Origin: a bacterium
Lineage (GTDB): Bacteria > Edwardsbacteria > AC1 > EtOH8
Direction: 5' to 3'
NCBI GenBank assembly: GCA_030655055.1
Contig: JAURWH010000011.1
Span: 1-53,664, forward strand
DNA length: 53,664 nucleotides
Below, in pieces: positions 33,336-41,620 of this stretch. The position numbers and the translations under genes were made by a program. The notes beneath the pieces were generated by a model. That model was not told the origin of the DNA. It did no database searches and saw nothing but the letters and a program-made list of their open reading frames with translations. Positions within the stretch are counted from its first letter, which is position 1. Each line of letters starts with the position of its first letter.

Positions 33336-33854
33336 ATGAAGAGTAATATTTTAGTCATTGTATTTATCCTGATTTGCTGCGGCATTTCCCAGGCCCAGGT
33401 GAATTCATCGCTGACGATAGATTTTAAAAACCCGGCGCTGTTGAGCATGGAAATAGACCGTTCGCAGATCTCGGTTCAGCTTACCAAAAATTTTGCCTCG
33501 GGACCGGTGGCCTTGAGCAGTCCGGTGATGGTCACCATAAAAAGCAATGTGCCGTGGGCGCTGGCCGCTACTGCCAACACCGATTTCCTGTGCACCGATA
33601 ATGCATTGAACACCATTCCCTGCAGCCAGCTGGAATTCAAATCACGCCTCAGCGGCAGTACCGAGAATGTCCGGGAGCAGCAGGAAGAATACTTGAGCTT
33701 TGCCAAGGGCCAGGCCATGACCATAGCCCGGGGCGATGCCACGCCCAACGAGGGGCTGTATATCCTGGTGGAATACCGGCTGGTGACCAGTCTTAAGAAC
33801 CCGGCCGGGAATTACAGCCTGCCCCTGGTATTTACCCTGAGTCCGTCTCAATAA
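33336..33854 (+). CDS. Small secreted beta-rich protein, subunit-like (A)
   Basis: 172 aa with signal peptide MKSNILVIVFILICCGISQAQ. It shows alternating beta-strand patterns and ends AGNYSLPLVFTLSPSQ. The next gene's GTG follows 2 nt after the stop. I took the ATG at 33336 inside the ORF that the track opens at 33177. Confidence 0.55.
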   Translation: MKSNILVIVFILICCGISQAQVNSSLTIDFKNPALLSMEIDRSQISVQLTKNFASGPVALSSPVMVTIKSNVPWALAATANTDFLCTDNALNTIPCSQLEFKSRLSGSTENVREQQEEYLSFAKGQAMTIARGDATPNEGLYILVEYRLVTSLKNPAGNYSLPLVFTLSPSQ

Positions 33855-33859
33855 TAGTG

Positions 33860-36781
33860 ATGAACATTAGGTTATACATAATGCTGATTCTGTCGGCTGG
33901 TATTTTTACACCGCTGACAGGGCAGGCTGTTCCTTTAACCGGCCAGGGGTCCGCCGGTATGTCCGGCAGCAAGGGCACTGGCGGACCGGATGCCTACGGC
34001 TACAGCTACATCGACAATAACCCGGTACAGGCCGGCAGCCCCGCCTATGTCTGGATCGACACCATCGGAGCGGGCTGGACCACCGTTACCGGCCTGGGGG
34101 ACGACAATTTTTCCGGGCCGTTCAACATCGGTTTCACTTCTCCGTTCCCATATTACTGGAACACTGCCACTCAGTTCTGGGTTCATGCCAACGGCGGGAT
34201 CTCCTTGTCCCAGCCTTTGAGGGGCTGGACCCCTTATGCAAGCGGGGAGAACGGCTTTCCCAACCTGGCCAAACCCCAGGACCTGGTGGGCGGGTTGGGC
34301 ATAGACCTTGATCTTACCAACGCCGGCAAGTGCAAATACCGCTCCCGCAACGATTCGCTGGTGGTAAGCTGGAACGGGGTGCGGGGCTGGAACACCACGG
34401 CCTGGTATAATTTCCAGATACTGCTGACCAGTGCCGACAGCTCCATCAAACTGCAATACCACCGCATCGACCCGGCCTTTCCCGCCGCCAATGCCAGCAT
34501 CGGCATAGAGAACAATAACGGCACGGTGGGCTTAAGTTACTACAACAACGGCGTCCCGGCCGGCAATCTTCCGGCGGCGGGCCGGGCGGTCAGGATATAT
34601 CCGCCGGCCAGTTCCTCATACACTTCCACCGATGCCGGCGCGGCCTGGGCCCTTAACCCCCAAAGCGGGGCGTTGGTGATGCATACGTTGGATATGTTCC
34701 AGCCCCAGGCTTCAGTGGCAAATTTCGGGACCGGACCGGTGGTCATTCCCATGACCATCTGCCGGATAAGGAACGCGGCAGGAACGGTGGTCTACGCCGA
34801 CACCATCCTGAACATCGCGCTGTCAAAAAGCCAACAGCAGGACACGGCCTTCATTAAAACATTCAATCCTATGGTGGCCGGCACCTATACCCTGGTGGTC
34901 AGGACCGAGGGTCTGGCCGAAAGCCCGGCCAACCCGGCCAACGATTCGGTGATCGTGGAACTGCCGGTGGTGGCTTACCAGTCGTGGCTGCGCTACGACG
35001 ACAACACCGCCGAAGCTTTTTGGGCCTGGAGCGGGGCCAGTGCCACAGCCCAAAAGGGATTCGGATCGTATTTCGAGCTAAGCCGCTACCCGGTGATGGT
35101 GGACAGCGCCCAGGTCTATATCAATTACCGCAACAAGGATGCCATATTCATACAGGTTTATGACGCCTCCGGGCCGGGCGGGGGGCCGGGAACCCTTTTG
35201 GCTACCGACACGATAAGGGTGAACGGCAATAACCAATATAAATGGATACCGATTTCCTACACCACCAGAAATATCACCATTTCCAACGGTAAGTTCTTCA
35301 TCTGCGTAAAAACATCCGATCCCACCGTGCGCTTTGGCCTGGACCAGAACAGTCCCATATCCCGCAGGACCTGGGAATTCACCGGGAGCTGGACCCCTTT
35401 CCGGGGACTGGAGACCCAGGATGTGATGATCCGGGCTAATGTCCACAAACCCCGCAATTCCGCCATCTATGTGGATGCCGTGGCCGGCAGCGACCTTAAT
35501 CCCGGCACCAGCGCATTGCCGCTAAAGACCATGACCCACGCGGTGGAGGTGATAAGCAGTACCGATACCTGTTATGCCCGCAGCGGCAGTTACACCGGCC
35601 GGCTGACCTTCACTCCTCGGCATTCCGGCACCGCCGCCAACCGGACGGTGATCACCGCCCAGGCCGGGCATACTCCCCTGCTTTACGCCGGCGGGGCGGA
35701 CGGCTCCATCATCGACAGCGCCGCTTCCTACATTACCTTCAACGGATTCACGGTTTATCCCGGCAGCGTGGTCTCGGCCTATTTCCAGGATGCCGTCCAG
35801 GTGCAGTTCACCAACAACCGGATCTATGTCCCCACCATGGGCTTCGGGCTTCTGGCCGTCAGTTCGACAACATCGCTAATCAAGGGCAACACCGTGGGAC
35901 CCGCCGCCGACAACGTCAACCCGGCCGAAGGAGTCTATCTATGGGGAACGGACCAGGTCAGGATCGACAGCAACCGGATCTCGGGTATGATAGACGCCGG
36001 CATTGTGCTGGACTCGGACACCCGCACCACGGTCTGCCGCAACCTTTCGGACCACTGCTTTTTTGGGATCGATCTATGGGGCAGCAGCGGCGATTCGCTA
36101 TACAACAACACATTTGACGGCAACCTCAATTCCGGCATCCATGTCCAGGGCCTCAGCGGGACGCTGGTCATCCGCAATACCAACAGCACCAACAATATCT
36201 ACGGCATCTGCTGGGACAGCTCCGGCTCGGTCTTCAGCGACTATAATAATATCTGGAACAACACTTATAACTACAAGAACCCGCAGGCTCCGGGAGACAC
36301 CAACGTTGTCCCGGCCGGCGTCCACGACATATCGGCCGATCCGCAGTATACGGCCGCTTATCACCTGCTGTCCACCAGCCCCTGCCGCAACGCCGGGATC
36401 CCGGTGGGCCTGCCCTATCTGGGAACGGCCCCGGACATAGGCGCTTACGAGGACTGGGCCAAGTTCCTGGATGTTGACGGCGCATACCCCGGAGGCTTGA
36501 CCCCGAAATTCGGCTTAAAACAGAACCGGCCCAATCCGTTCGTCCGGACCACCACCATCACCTATCAACTGCCGGCTGCGGGGGCGGTCAGTCTAAGGGT
36601 TTACAACATCACCGGACAGCTGGTGAGGAGCCTGGTAAGTGAAGTTCAGAATCCCGGAGAGCACAGCGTAAACTGGGACGGGAGGGATGCCGGAGGACGG
36701 ATTGTGAGCGCGGGCGTCTACCACTGCCGGCTGGCCAGCGGGGGCCAGACGCAGACTCGGTCACTGCTGTATGTCAAGTGA
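33860..36781 (+). CDS. Large secreted right-handed beta-helix protein with a FlgD-Ig (T9SS-type) C-terminal domain
   Basis: It has a signal peptide and an N-terminal GGPDAYGY...YVWIDT...GDDNFSGPFNIGF module. The middle carries parallel beta-helix repeats (NRI...GI.L.., SGIHVQG, NNIYGICWD). The C-terminus is NRPNPFVRTTTITYQL...YNITGQLVRS...WDGRDAGGRIVSAGVYHCRL. Confidence 0.8.
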   Translation: MNIRLYIMLILSAGIFTPLTGQAVPLTGQGSAGMSGSKGTGGPDAYGYSYIDNNPVQAGSPAYVWIDTIGAGWTTVTGLGDDNFSGPFNIGFTSPFPYYWNTATQFWVHANGGISLSQPLRGWTPYASGENGFPNLAKPQDLVGGLGIDLDLTNAGKCKYRSRNDSLVVSWNGVRGWNTTAWYNFQILLTSADSSIKLQYHRIDPAFPAANASIGIENNNGTVGLSYYNNGVPAGNLPAAGRAVRIYPPASSSYTSTDAGAAWALNPQSGALVMHTLDMFQPQASVANFGTGPVVIPMTICRIRNAAGTVVYADTILNIALSKSQQQDTAFIKTFNPMVAGTYTLVVRTEGLAESPANPANDSVIVELPVVAYQSWLRYDDNTAEAFWAWSGASATAQKGFGSYFELSRYPVMVDSAQVYINYRNKDAIFIQVYDASGPGGGPGTLLATDTIRVNGNNQYKWIPISYTTRNITISNGKFFICVKTSDPTVRFGLDQNSPISRRTWEFTGSWTPFRGLETQDVMIRANVHKPRNSAIYVDAVAGSDLNPGTSALPLKTMTHAVEVISSTDTCYARSGSYTGRLTFTPRHSGTAANRTVITAQAGHTPLLYAGGADGSIIDSAASYITFNGFTVYPGSVVSAYFQDAVQVQFTNNRIYVPTMGFGLLAVSSTTSLIKGNTVGPAADNVNPAEGVYLWGTDQVRIDSNRISGMIDAGIVLDSDTRTTVCRNLSDHCFFGIDLWGSSGDSLYNNTFDGNLNSGIHVQGLSGTLVIRNTNSTNNIYGICWDSSGSVFSDYNNIWNNTYNYKNPQAPGDTNVVPAGVHDISADPQYTAAYHLLSTSPCRNAGIPVGLPYLGTAPDIGAYEDWAKFLDVDGAYPGGLTPKFGLKQNRPNPFVRTTTITYQLPAAGAVSLRVYNITGQLVRSLVSEVQNPGEHSVNWDGRDAGGRIVSAGVYHCRLASGGQTQTRSLLYVK

Positions 36782-36925
36782 TCCAAAACACTGTTATTTA
36801 ATAAACAACATAAACATTAATTAATAACCAAAACGAAAGGAAACGCATCTTTGAAAAAAAGCATTCCTTATCAGCAGGGCCTGGCTGATGTCAACCAACA
36901 AATCAATAGAAAGGAACCCAAAAAC

Positions 36926-37444
36926 ATGAGGAAATCATTACTGATTCTCACGGCATTAGTGCTGGCCACCAGCATGGTATGGGCCGATGCAATCACCGGA
37001 CCTTCCCCGGTATCCCACAACGTTACGGTTACCGTGATCGTCCCGGGACGGCTGGGCATCAACATTCCCGCTATCGAGCATAACTGGACGCTTGACCTGG
37101 CATTAGATCCGACTTATCCGCCGGCCGCCCTGACCCCGTACCTGATCACCAACAACGCGACCGTGCAGATCATCTCCAACAATGCGTTCACTTACGGCTA
37201 TACCGCTTCCATGACAACAACCTTGACCAATCTGACAGTGGGTGATTTCCAGTATGACGCCACCGGCTGGATCCCTGGCTGGGCAGGCTGGCAGAACTTC
37301 GGTGCGGCCGGTACCTTCGAGACCGGGCTGGCTGCGACCGCTGGCTGGGTCAACCGCAATATGATGTACCGGGTGAACCTTGACGGCACCGAGGCAGTGG
37401 GCACTGGCGTAATGACTCTGGTCCACACCATTACCCAACCGTAA
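36926..37444 (+). CDS. Small secreted beta-rich protein, subunit-like (B1)
   Basis: 172 aa with signal peptide ending VWA/DAITG. It has an NWTLDL motif, a W/G-rich DATGWIPGWAGWQNFG loop, and the C-terminus GTGVMTLVHTITQP. I took the ATG at 36926 with an AAAGGA RBS. Confidence 0.7.
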   Translation: MRKSLLILTALVLATSMVWADAITGPSPVSHNVTVTVIVPGRLGINIPAIEHNWTLDLALDPTYPPAALTPYLITNNATVQIISNNAFTYGYTASMTTTLTNLTVGDFQYDATGWIPGWAGWQNFGAAGTFETGLAATAGWVNRNMMYRVNLDGTEAVGTGVMTLVHTITQP

Positions 37445-37504
37445 TTACAACTACAGGCAAATGACAACAGGGGGGCGCCACCCAAAAAGAGCATTGGCGA
37501 TTTT

Positions 37505-37538
37505 CATCCCGGCCCAGATCGAGGATCGGGCCGGGATG
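37505..37538 (+). terminator. GC-rich stem-loop between B1 and B2 (possible attenuator, no U-tract)
   Basis: CATCCCGGCCCAGATC-GAG-GATCGGGCCGGGATG forms a ~15-bp stem with one bulge. Confidence 0.4.
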
Positions 37539-37776
37539 ATGGGCTTTGTGGTGACGCCCCTCTCAGCGCAGTATAGGCGATAAAAGACCTGTTAGAGCAG
37601 AGAAAAAACCGGGAAACACCGGGTGACGTGGTATGGGCGGGAGGCTCAGAGCCGGCATGCAGGCACCGACAATGGTTGCTTTTGTTTGCAGGCTTAAGGT
37701 CAGCAACAGATGCAGTCGCTGCTGTTTATTCTGTAGCGGCGCCAGTTAAACTTTAAATTGAAAAAGGTAGCAGGAA

Positions 37777-38295
37777 ATGAAGAAACTACTAATTCTTCTT
37801 GCCGTATTGGCAGCAACCGCCGGTATGGTATGGGCCGATGCAATCACCGGCACTTCGCCGGTATCCCACAACGTAACATTCACCGTGATCATCCCGGGGC
37901 GGCTGGGCATCAACATTCCTGCGGTCGAACACAACTGGACGCTTGACCTGTCGCTTAATCCTTTGTACCCGCCGGCCGTGACCACCCCTTTTGTGATCAC
38001 GAACAACGCAACCGTGCAGATCCTATCAAACGATCCGTACACCTACGGCTATACCGCTTCCATGACCACTTCATTGGCCAACCTGACCGTGAGCGATTTC
38101 CAGTATGACGCCACCGGCTGGATCCCCGGTTGGGCCGGCTGGCAGAGCTTCGGAGCGGGAGGCACCTTCCAGACCGGGCTGGCCGCAACGGCAGGTTGGG
38201 AGAACCGCAACATGATGTACCGGGTGAACCTTGACGGCACCGAAGATATCGGCACAGGCGTAATGACCCTGGTCCACATTATTACCCAACCGTAA
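37777..38295 (+). CDS. Small secreted beta-rich protein, subunit-like (B2, tandem duplicate of B1)
   Basis: 172 aa, collinear with B1 without indels. My hand alignment gives 25 substitutions in the 152 predicted mature residues. The ~20 nt after the stop (TAATTACAACTAYAGG) is shared with B1. Confidence 0.7.
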   Translation: MKKLLILLAVLAATAGMVWADAITGTSPVSHNVTFTVIIPGRLGINIPAVEHNWTLDLSLNPLYPPAVTTPFVITNNATVQILSNDPYTYGYTASMTTSLANLTVSDFQYDATGWIPGWAGWQSFGAGGTFQTGLAATAGWENRNMMYRVNLDGTEDIGTGVMTLVHIITQP

Positions 38296-38338
38296 TTACA
38301 ACTATAGGTACAGGTAAATGAAGACGAGCGGGCATCAT

Positions 38339-38431
38339 ATGAAAAAAATCATATTGGCAGTATTTATCCTGGCCATGGCCGCGGGACCGGGCCGGGGGCT
38401 GGGCTGTTTAGTGACCCCCCCCCCGCTGTGA
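38339..38431 (+). other. Orphan signal-peptide ORF ending just after a C10 tract
   Basis: MKKIILAVFILAMAAGPGRGLGCLVTPPPL-stop; an in-frame upstream ATG also exists at 38318. Removing one C fuses it in frame to the 38439 ORF. Confidence 0.6.
38415..38424 (+). repeat. C10 homopolymer at the frameshift point
   Basis: GTGA-CCCCCCCCCC-GCTGTGAG, counted directly in the sequence. Confidence 0.95.
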
Positions 38432-38438
38432 GTTAACG

Positions 38439-39128
38439 ATGGCTTCGGGTCAAAGCCAAACTGTGATCATAAACATAATCAATAAAGACAGCACTGCGCC
38501 GCGGAGATTAAAGGTTTCGGTCAAAGGCTGGGAGAAAGAAAGAAACGGCCAAATCACCTACTACGATCCCGCCGGCAAGAACCGTTCCTGCGGGAACTGG
38601 CTGGAGGTCAATCCCTCCGAATTCGAGATGCCGGCCGGAGGCGTTGAGGCAGCGAGGTTTACCGTTACCGTACCGGAAACTGTCAGTGGTTCATATTGGG
38701 CGATAATCTTCTTTGAGAGCCAGCCAGACACAATGGTAAAGACCACTGTGGGGGTCAGGTTTGTCGGCCGGGTGGGCGTTTCGGTGTATGTTAACGTCGA
38801 CGGCACCCTGCAGTACCAGTCGGAAATGACGGGTTTGTCCTATAAAAGAGGGGGATATAAAAAGCACGAGTTTAAAGTGGGGATCAAGAACGCCGGCAAT
38901 GCATATTTCAGGCCCAAGGGCACAGTGGAGATCAAAGATGCCGCGGGCAAAAAGATAAATACCACACCTTTTCCAGATGACCTGGTCGTCCTTCCCGGAG
39001 CGCAGAATGACATAAAGATCACCATCAATGAGGTGATCCCACCGGGACACTACACAGCCAACATCACCATCGACTGCGGTCAACCGGAGCTGCTGGAGGG
39101 CGAGACCTCTTTTGAGGTGGTGCCTTGA
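38439..39128 (+). CDS. Two-domain Ig-like (beta-sandwich) protein C1, as called lacking its signal peptide because of an upstream frameshift
   Basis: 229 aa. Domain 1 has the block CGNWLEVNPSEFEMPAGGVEAARFTVTVPETVSGSYWAIIFFES. Domain 2 has the block FKVGIKNAGNAYFRPKGTVEIKD...VLPGAQNDIKITINEVIPPGHYTANITI. It is a paralog of 41621-42730. The same frame upstream of the ATG (PPPRCELT) still aligns to the paralog. Confidence 0.7.
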   Translation: MASGQSQTVIINIINKDSTAPRRLKVSVKGWEKERNGQITYYDPAGKNRSCGNWLEVNPSEFEMPAGGVEAARFTVTVPETVSGSYWAIIFFESQPDTMVKTTVGVRFVGRVGVSVYVNVDGTLQYQSEMTGLSYKRGGYKKHEFKVGIKNAGNAYFRPKGTVEIKDAAGKKINTTPFPDDLVVLPGAQNDIKITINEVIPPGHYTANITIDCGQPELLEGETSFEVVP

Positions 39129-39198
39129 TAAGGCAGATGCTTTTAATCCGGCCCGGCCGCCTTCATCTGCCGGGCTTCCTTATTTTTAAGGACTAAGC

Positions 39199-41619
39199 AT
39201 GGGCCGTTCAGCCTACATATCGGCCTGGCTGCCGACCCTTTTGGTGTTGGCCGGGTTTAGCCAGGTCCGGGCCTATAGTTTCATGAATCTGGAATACCGC
39301 GACTATCTTTACCAGCCCAGCGGGCAGAGATACTATCAGGCATATTATCGCATCGGCTCCGACCAGACCGCCGGGGATTTTCGTACCCGGTATTTTTTGG
39401 AATTCAACGACAATGCAATCAAGGATCCGGCCTTGAACCGGATCGAGATGCAGTTCTCGGGCTGGAAATTCCTGGGGGGAAGATGGGACGCCAGCCTGGG
39501 CGATATCACCATGTCACCGGTCTCCCCGGGCCAGAGTTCGGTTTCCCTGCGGGGCACCAAACTGGTGACCGGGTGGGGACAGAAGATCTCCGCCGAAACA
39601 TTCGCCGGAAGGATACCGGACCTTTATCACCGGGCCAATTTCCCCACCTTCAATAACAATAATATTTTAATTTCCCAGGGGATCAAGGGGATATTATCCA
39701 AACAATTCAATTTTAAATCCAGGGTATCCTACCGCCGGGATAAGAAGGCCGAGCTGTATTACAGTTATCTCAAGGCTAAGGACCTTTGCGAATGGGCCAA
39801 CCGGGTGGAATGGGACCTCCGCCCCAACTTAAGGGGGCAGCACCAGCTGGCCTTAAGCTATAACCGGGACTTTAACGGCATCCGGCGAACCGATATCAGC
39901 GGAAGCAGCAGCTGGGAATATTTCAACCCCTGGTTCCGCAGCTCGGCCGATTACCAATACCGGGGTCCGGGCTACATCAGTTCCGCCAACGACGGCAATG
40001 GTTGCGGAGAAAACCAGCTGGCGCTTTCCTCCAGCGGGGTGCTGCTGAAAAAGATCACTCTTTTCGGCAACTACAGTCAAAAATGGGCCAGGACTCCGGA
40101 TGACACCACCCTGTTCTGGAACCAGTTCCAGAAGTGGGGCACCGGCCTGCAGACGGCGATCCCCCGCTGGCCCCTGTTCAGCTACAAATTTGACCGTTAC
40201 ACCTGGGGCTATCACCGGGGACGGAGGACCTTTCAGGATATGGTGCAGTACACCAACAGCTTGGAACTGCAATACAACTGGCGGCTCTATCTTTGGAGGC
40301 TGGGTTACCAGCTGCAGGAGTCCCGGGATCTCATTGCCGGAAGCCAGAGGCTCTGGCACCAGGGATCGTTGACCGGAAGTTACCGCATGGGGAGCTTTGG
40401 GCTGAACCTGGACCAAAGGGGCAGCCGCTATAACAGCCCCAAGCAACTGCAGTGGTCTCAGAGCTTCGGCTTTGACCAGCGCTGGGGCCGGCTGCTCAAC
40501 ACCTCATTATCGGCTAACTGGTGCCAGGGCAATTCCGAAACCTACCGCTGGAAGACCGAGAACTGGGGCTGGAGCCTTAAGGCCGGGACAGACCGGACCA
40601 GCGGCTGGAACCTGTCGGCCGACCTCGGCCAGAACTATTATTATTATTCCGACCTGGGCCCGGTGGTCCGGAACACCAGCTGGGGGTTCAAATTGGAGCG
40701 GCGCTTTGACGGCTGGGGCCAGCTGGTCAGCCTGGGTCAGATAAACGGGCGGGTTTACGAGGACGCCAACGGAAACATGACCTTTGACAACGGCGACAAG
40801 GGCATTCCCGGGATACCGATAATGATAGACGGGAAAGAGGCCGCCCAGACCGGCCGCAGCGGAGAGTACCGGGTATTGGGGGTGGCCGCCGGCAGCCATT
40901 CGGTGAAAATGGACATTTCCAAGCTGGATGCCGGGATGGATCCCAGCATCGGAGGCCAGCGACGATTCACCACCGTCGGGGTCTGGGGCCCCAGGGTGGA
41001 TTTTCCCCTGGCCCCGCTCAACGAGATCTACGGCAATGTTTTTCTGGATGAGAACCGCAACGGCATCCGCGATGAGGAAGATGCCGGACTGCCAGGGGTA
41101 TTTGTGCTGATGGGAGACAACCGCCGGTTTACCGCCAGCGACAATGAAGGGGATTTTATCTTCCATAATGTCCAGCCGGGAAGGTACCGGGTCTTTATCG
41201 ATCCCCGCTTCCTGCCCGACACTCTGGCCGTGACCGGGGAGCAGCAGCGTTTCATTGAGGTAGAGAACAAGAACGATGTAGGCGGCGTAGCCTTCGGAAT
41301 AGGCAAAAAGGTAAGGCCGGTAAGAAAGATGGTCTTCGCCCCATCCCAAGTGACGGAGCCCGGTCCCAAAACCGTTCCGGTAAAACCGGGCCGCTCCAAA
41401 ACCGGCCAGCCGGTCAAACAAATCGCCAAGGCTTCGGCGGAAGAGATCAAGAGGCTGTATGATCTGGGGATCAAACAATATTCAACCGGAGATTACCAGA
41501 GCTCCATGACCACCTGGAACCAACTACTTAGGATTGATCCCGGAAACGGCGAGGCCAGAAAAAACCGGGACAGGACCAAAGGGAAGTTGGACGCCCTGCA
41601 GAAGATCAAAGGCCAATAG
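39199..41619 (+). CDS. Predicted outer-membrane beta-barrel protein with two SdrD-B/carboxypeptidase-regulatory-like beta-sandwich domains and a C-terminal TPR-like tail
   Basis: It has signal peptide MGRSAYISAWLPTLLVLAGFSQVRA. About 500 aa are Y/W/R/N/G-rich alternating strands. Two repeats follow: GRVYEDANGNMTFDNGDKGIPGIPIMIDG...GEYRVLGVAAGSH and GNVFLDENRNGIRDEEDAGLPGVFVLMGD...GDFIFHNVQPGRY. A P/K-rich linker then leads to YSTGDYQSSMTTWNQLLRIDPGNGEARKNRD. Confidence 0.65.
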   Translation: MGRSAYISAWLPTLLVLAGFSQVRAYSFMNLEYRDYLYQPSGQRYYQAYYRIGSDQTAGDFRTRYFLEFNDNAIKDPALNRIEMQFSGWKFLGGRWDASLGDITMSPVSPGQSSVSLRGTKLVTGWGQKISAETFAGRIPDLYHRANFPTFNNNNILISQGIKGILSKQFNFKSRVSYRRDKKAELYYSYLKAKDLCEWANRVEWDLRPNLRGQHQLALSYNRDFNGIRRTDISGSSSWEYFNPWFRSSADYQYRGPGYISSANDGNGCGENQLALSSSGVLLKKITLFGNYSQKWARTPDDTTLFWNQFQKWGTGLQTAIPRWPLFSYKFDRYTWGYHRGRRTFQDMVQYTNSLELQYNWRLYLWRLGYQLQESRDLIAGSQRLWHQGSLTGSYRMGSFGLNLDQRGSRYNSPKQLQWSQSFGFDQRWGRLLNTSLSANWCQGNSETYRWKTENWGWSLKAGTDRTSGWNLSADLGQNYYYYSDLGPVVRNTSWGFKLERRFDGWGQLVSLGQINGRVYEDANGNMTFDNGDKGIPGIPIMIDGKEAAQTGRSGEYRVLGVAAGSHSVKMDISKLDAGMDPSIGGQRRFTTVGVWGPRVDFPLAPLNEIYGNVFLDENRNGIRDEEDAGLPGVFVLMGDNRRFTASDNEGDFIFHNVQPGRYRVFIDPRFLPDTLAVTGEQQRFIEVENKNDVGGVAFGIGKKVRPVRKMVFAPSQVTEPGPKTVPVKPGRSKTGQPVKQIAKASAEEIKRLYDLGIKQYSTGDYQSSMTTWNQLLRIDPGNGEARKNRDRTKGKLDALQKIKGQ

Positions 41620-41620
41620 C

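Noticed and set aside
33336-38295. Type IV, type V or sortase pilins
   Set aside because: There is no G/FTLIE-type prepilin cleavage motif, no lipobox Cys at the signal-peptide end, and no LPXTG or sortase gene.
40507-41478. 323-aa minus-strand ORF opposite the barrel gene, and similar antisense ORFs at 39853-40446, 9652-10341, 22972-23556, 50059-50883 and 52713-53354
   Set aside because: All lie wholly within better-supported sense-strand genes and show no family motifs.
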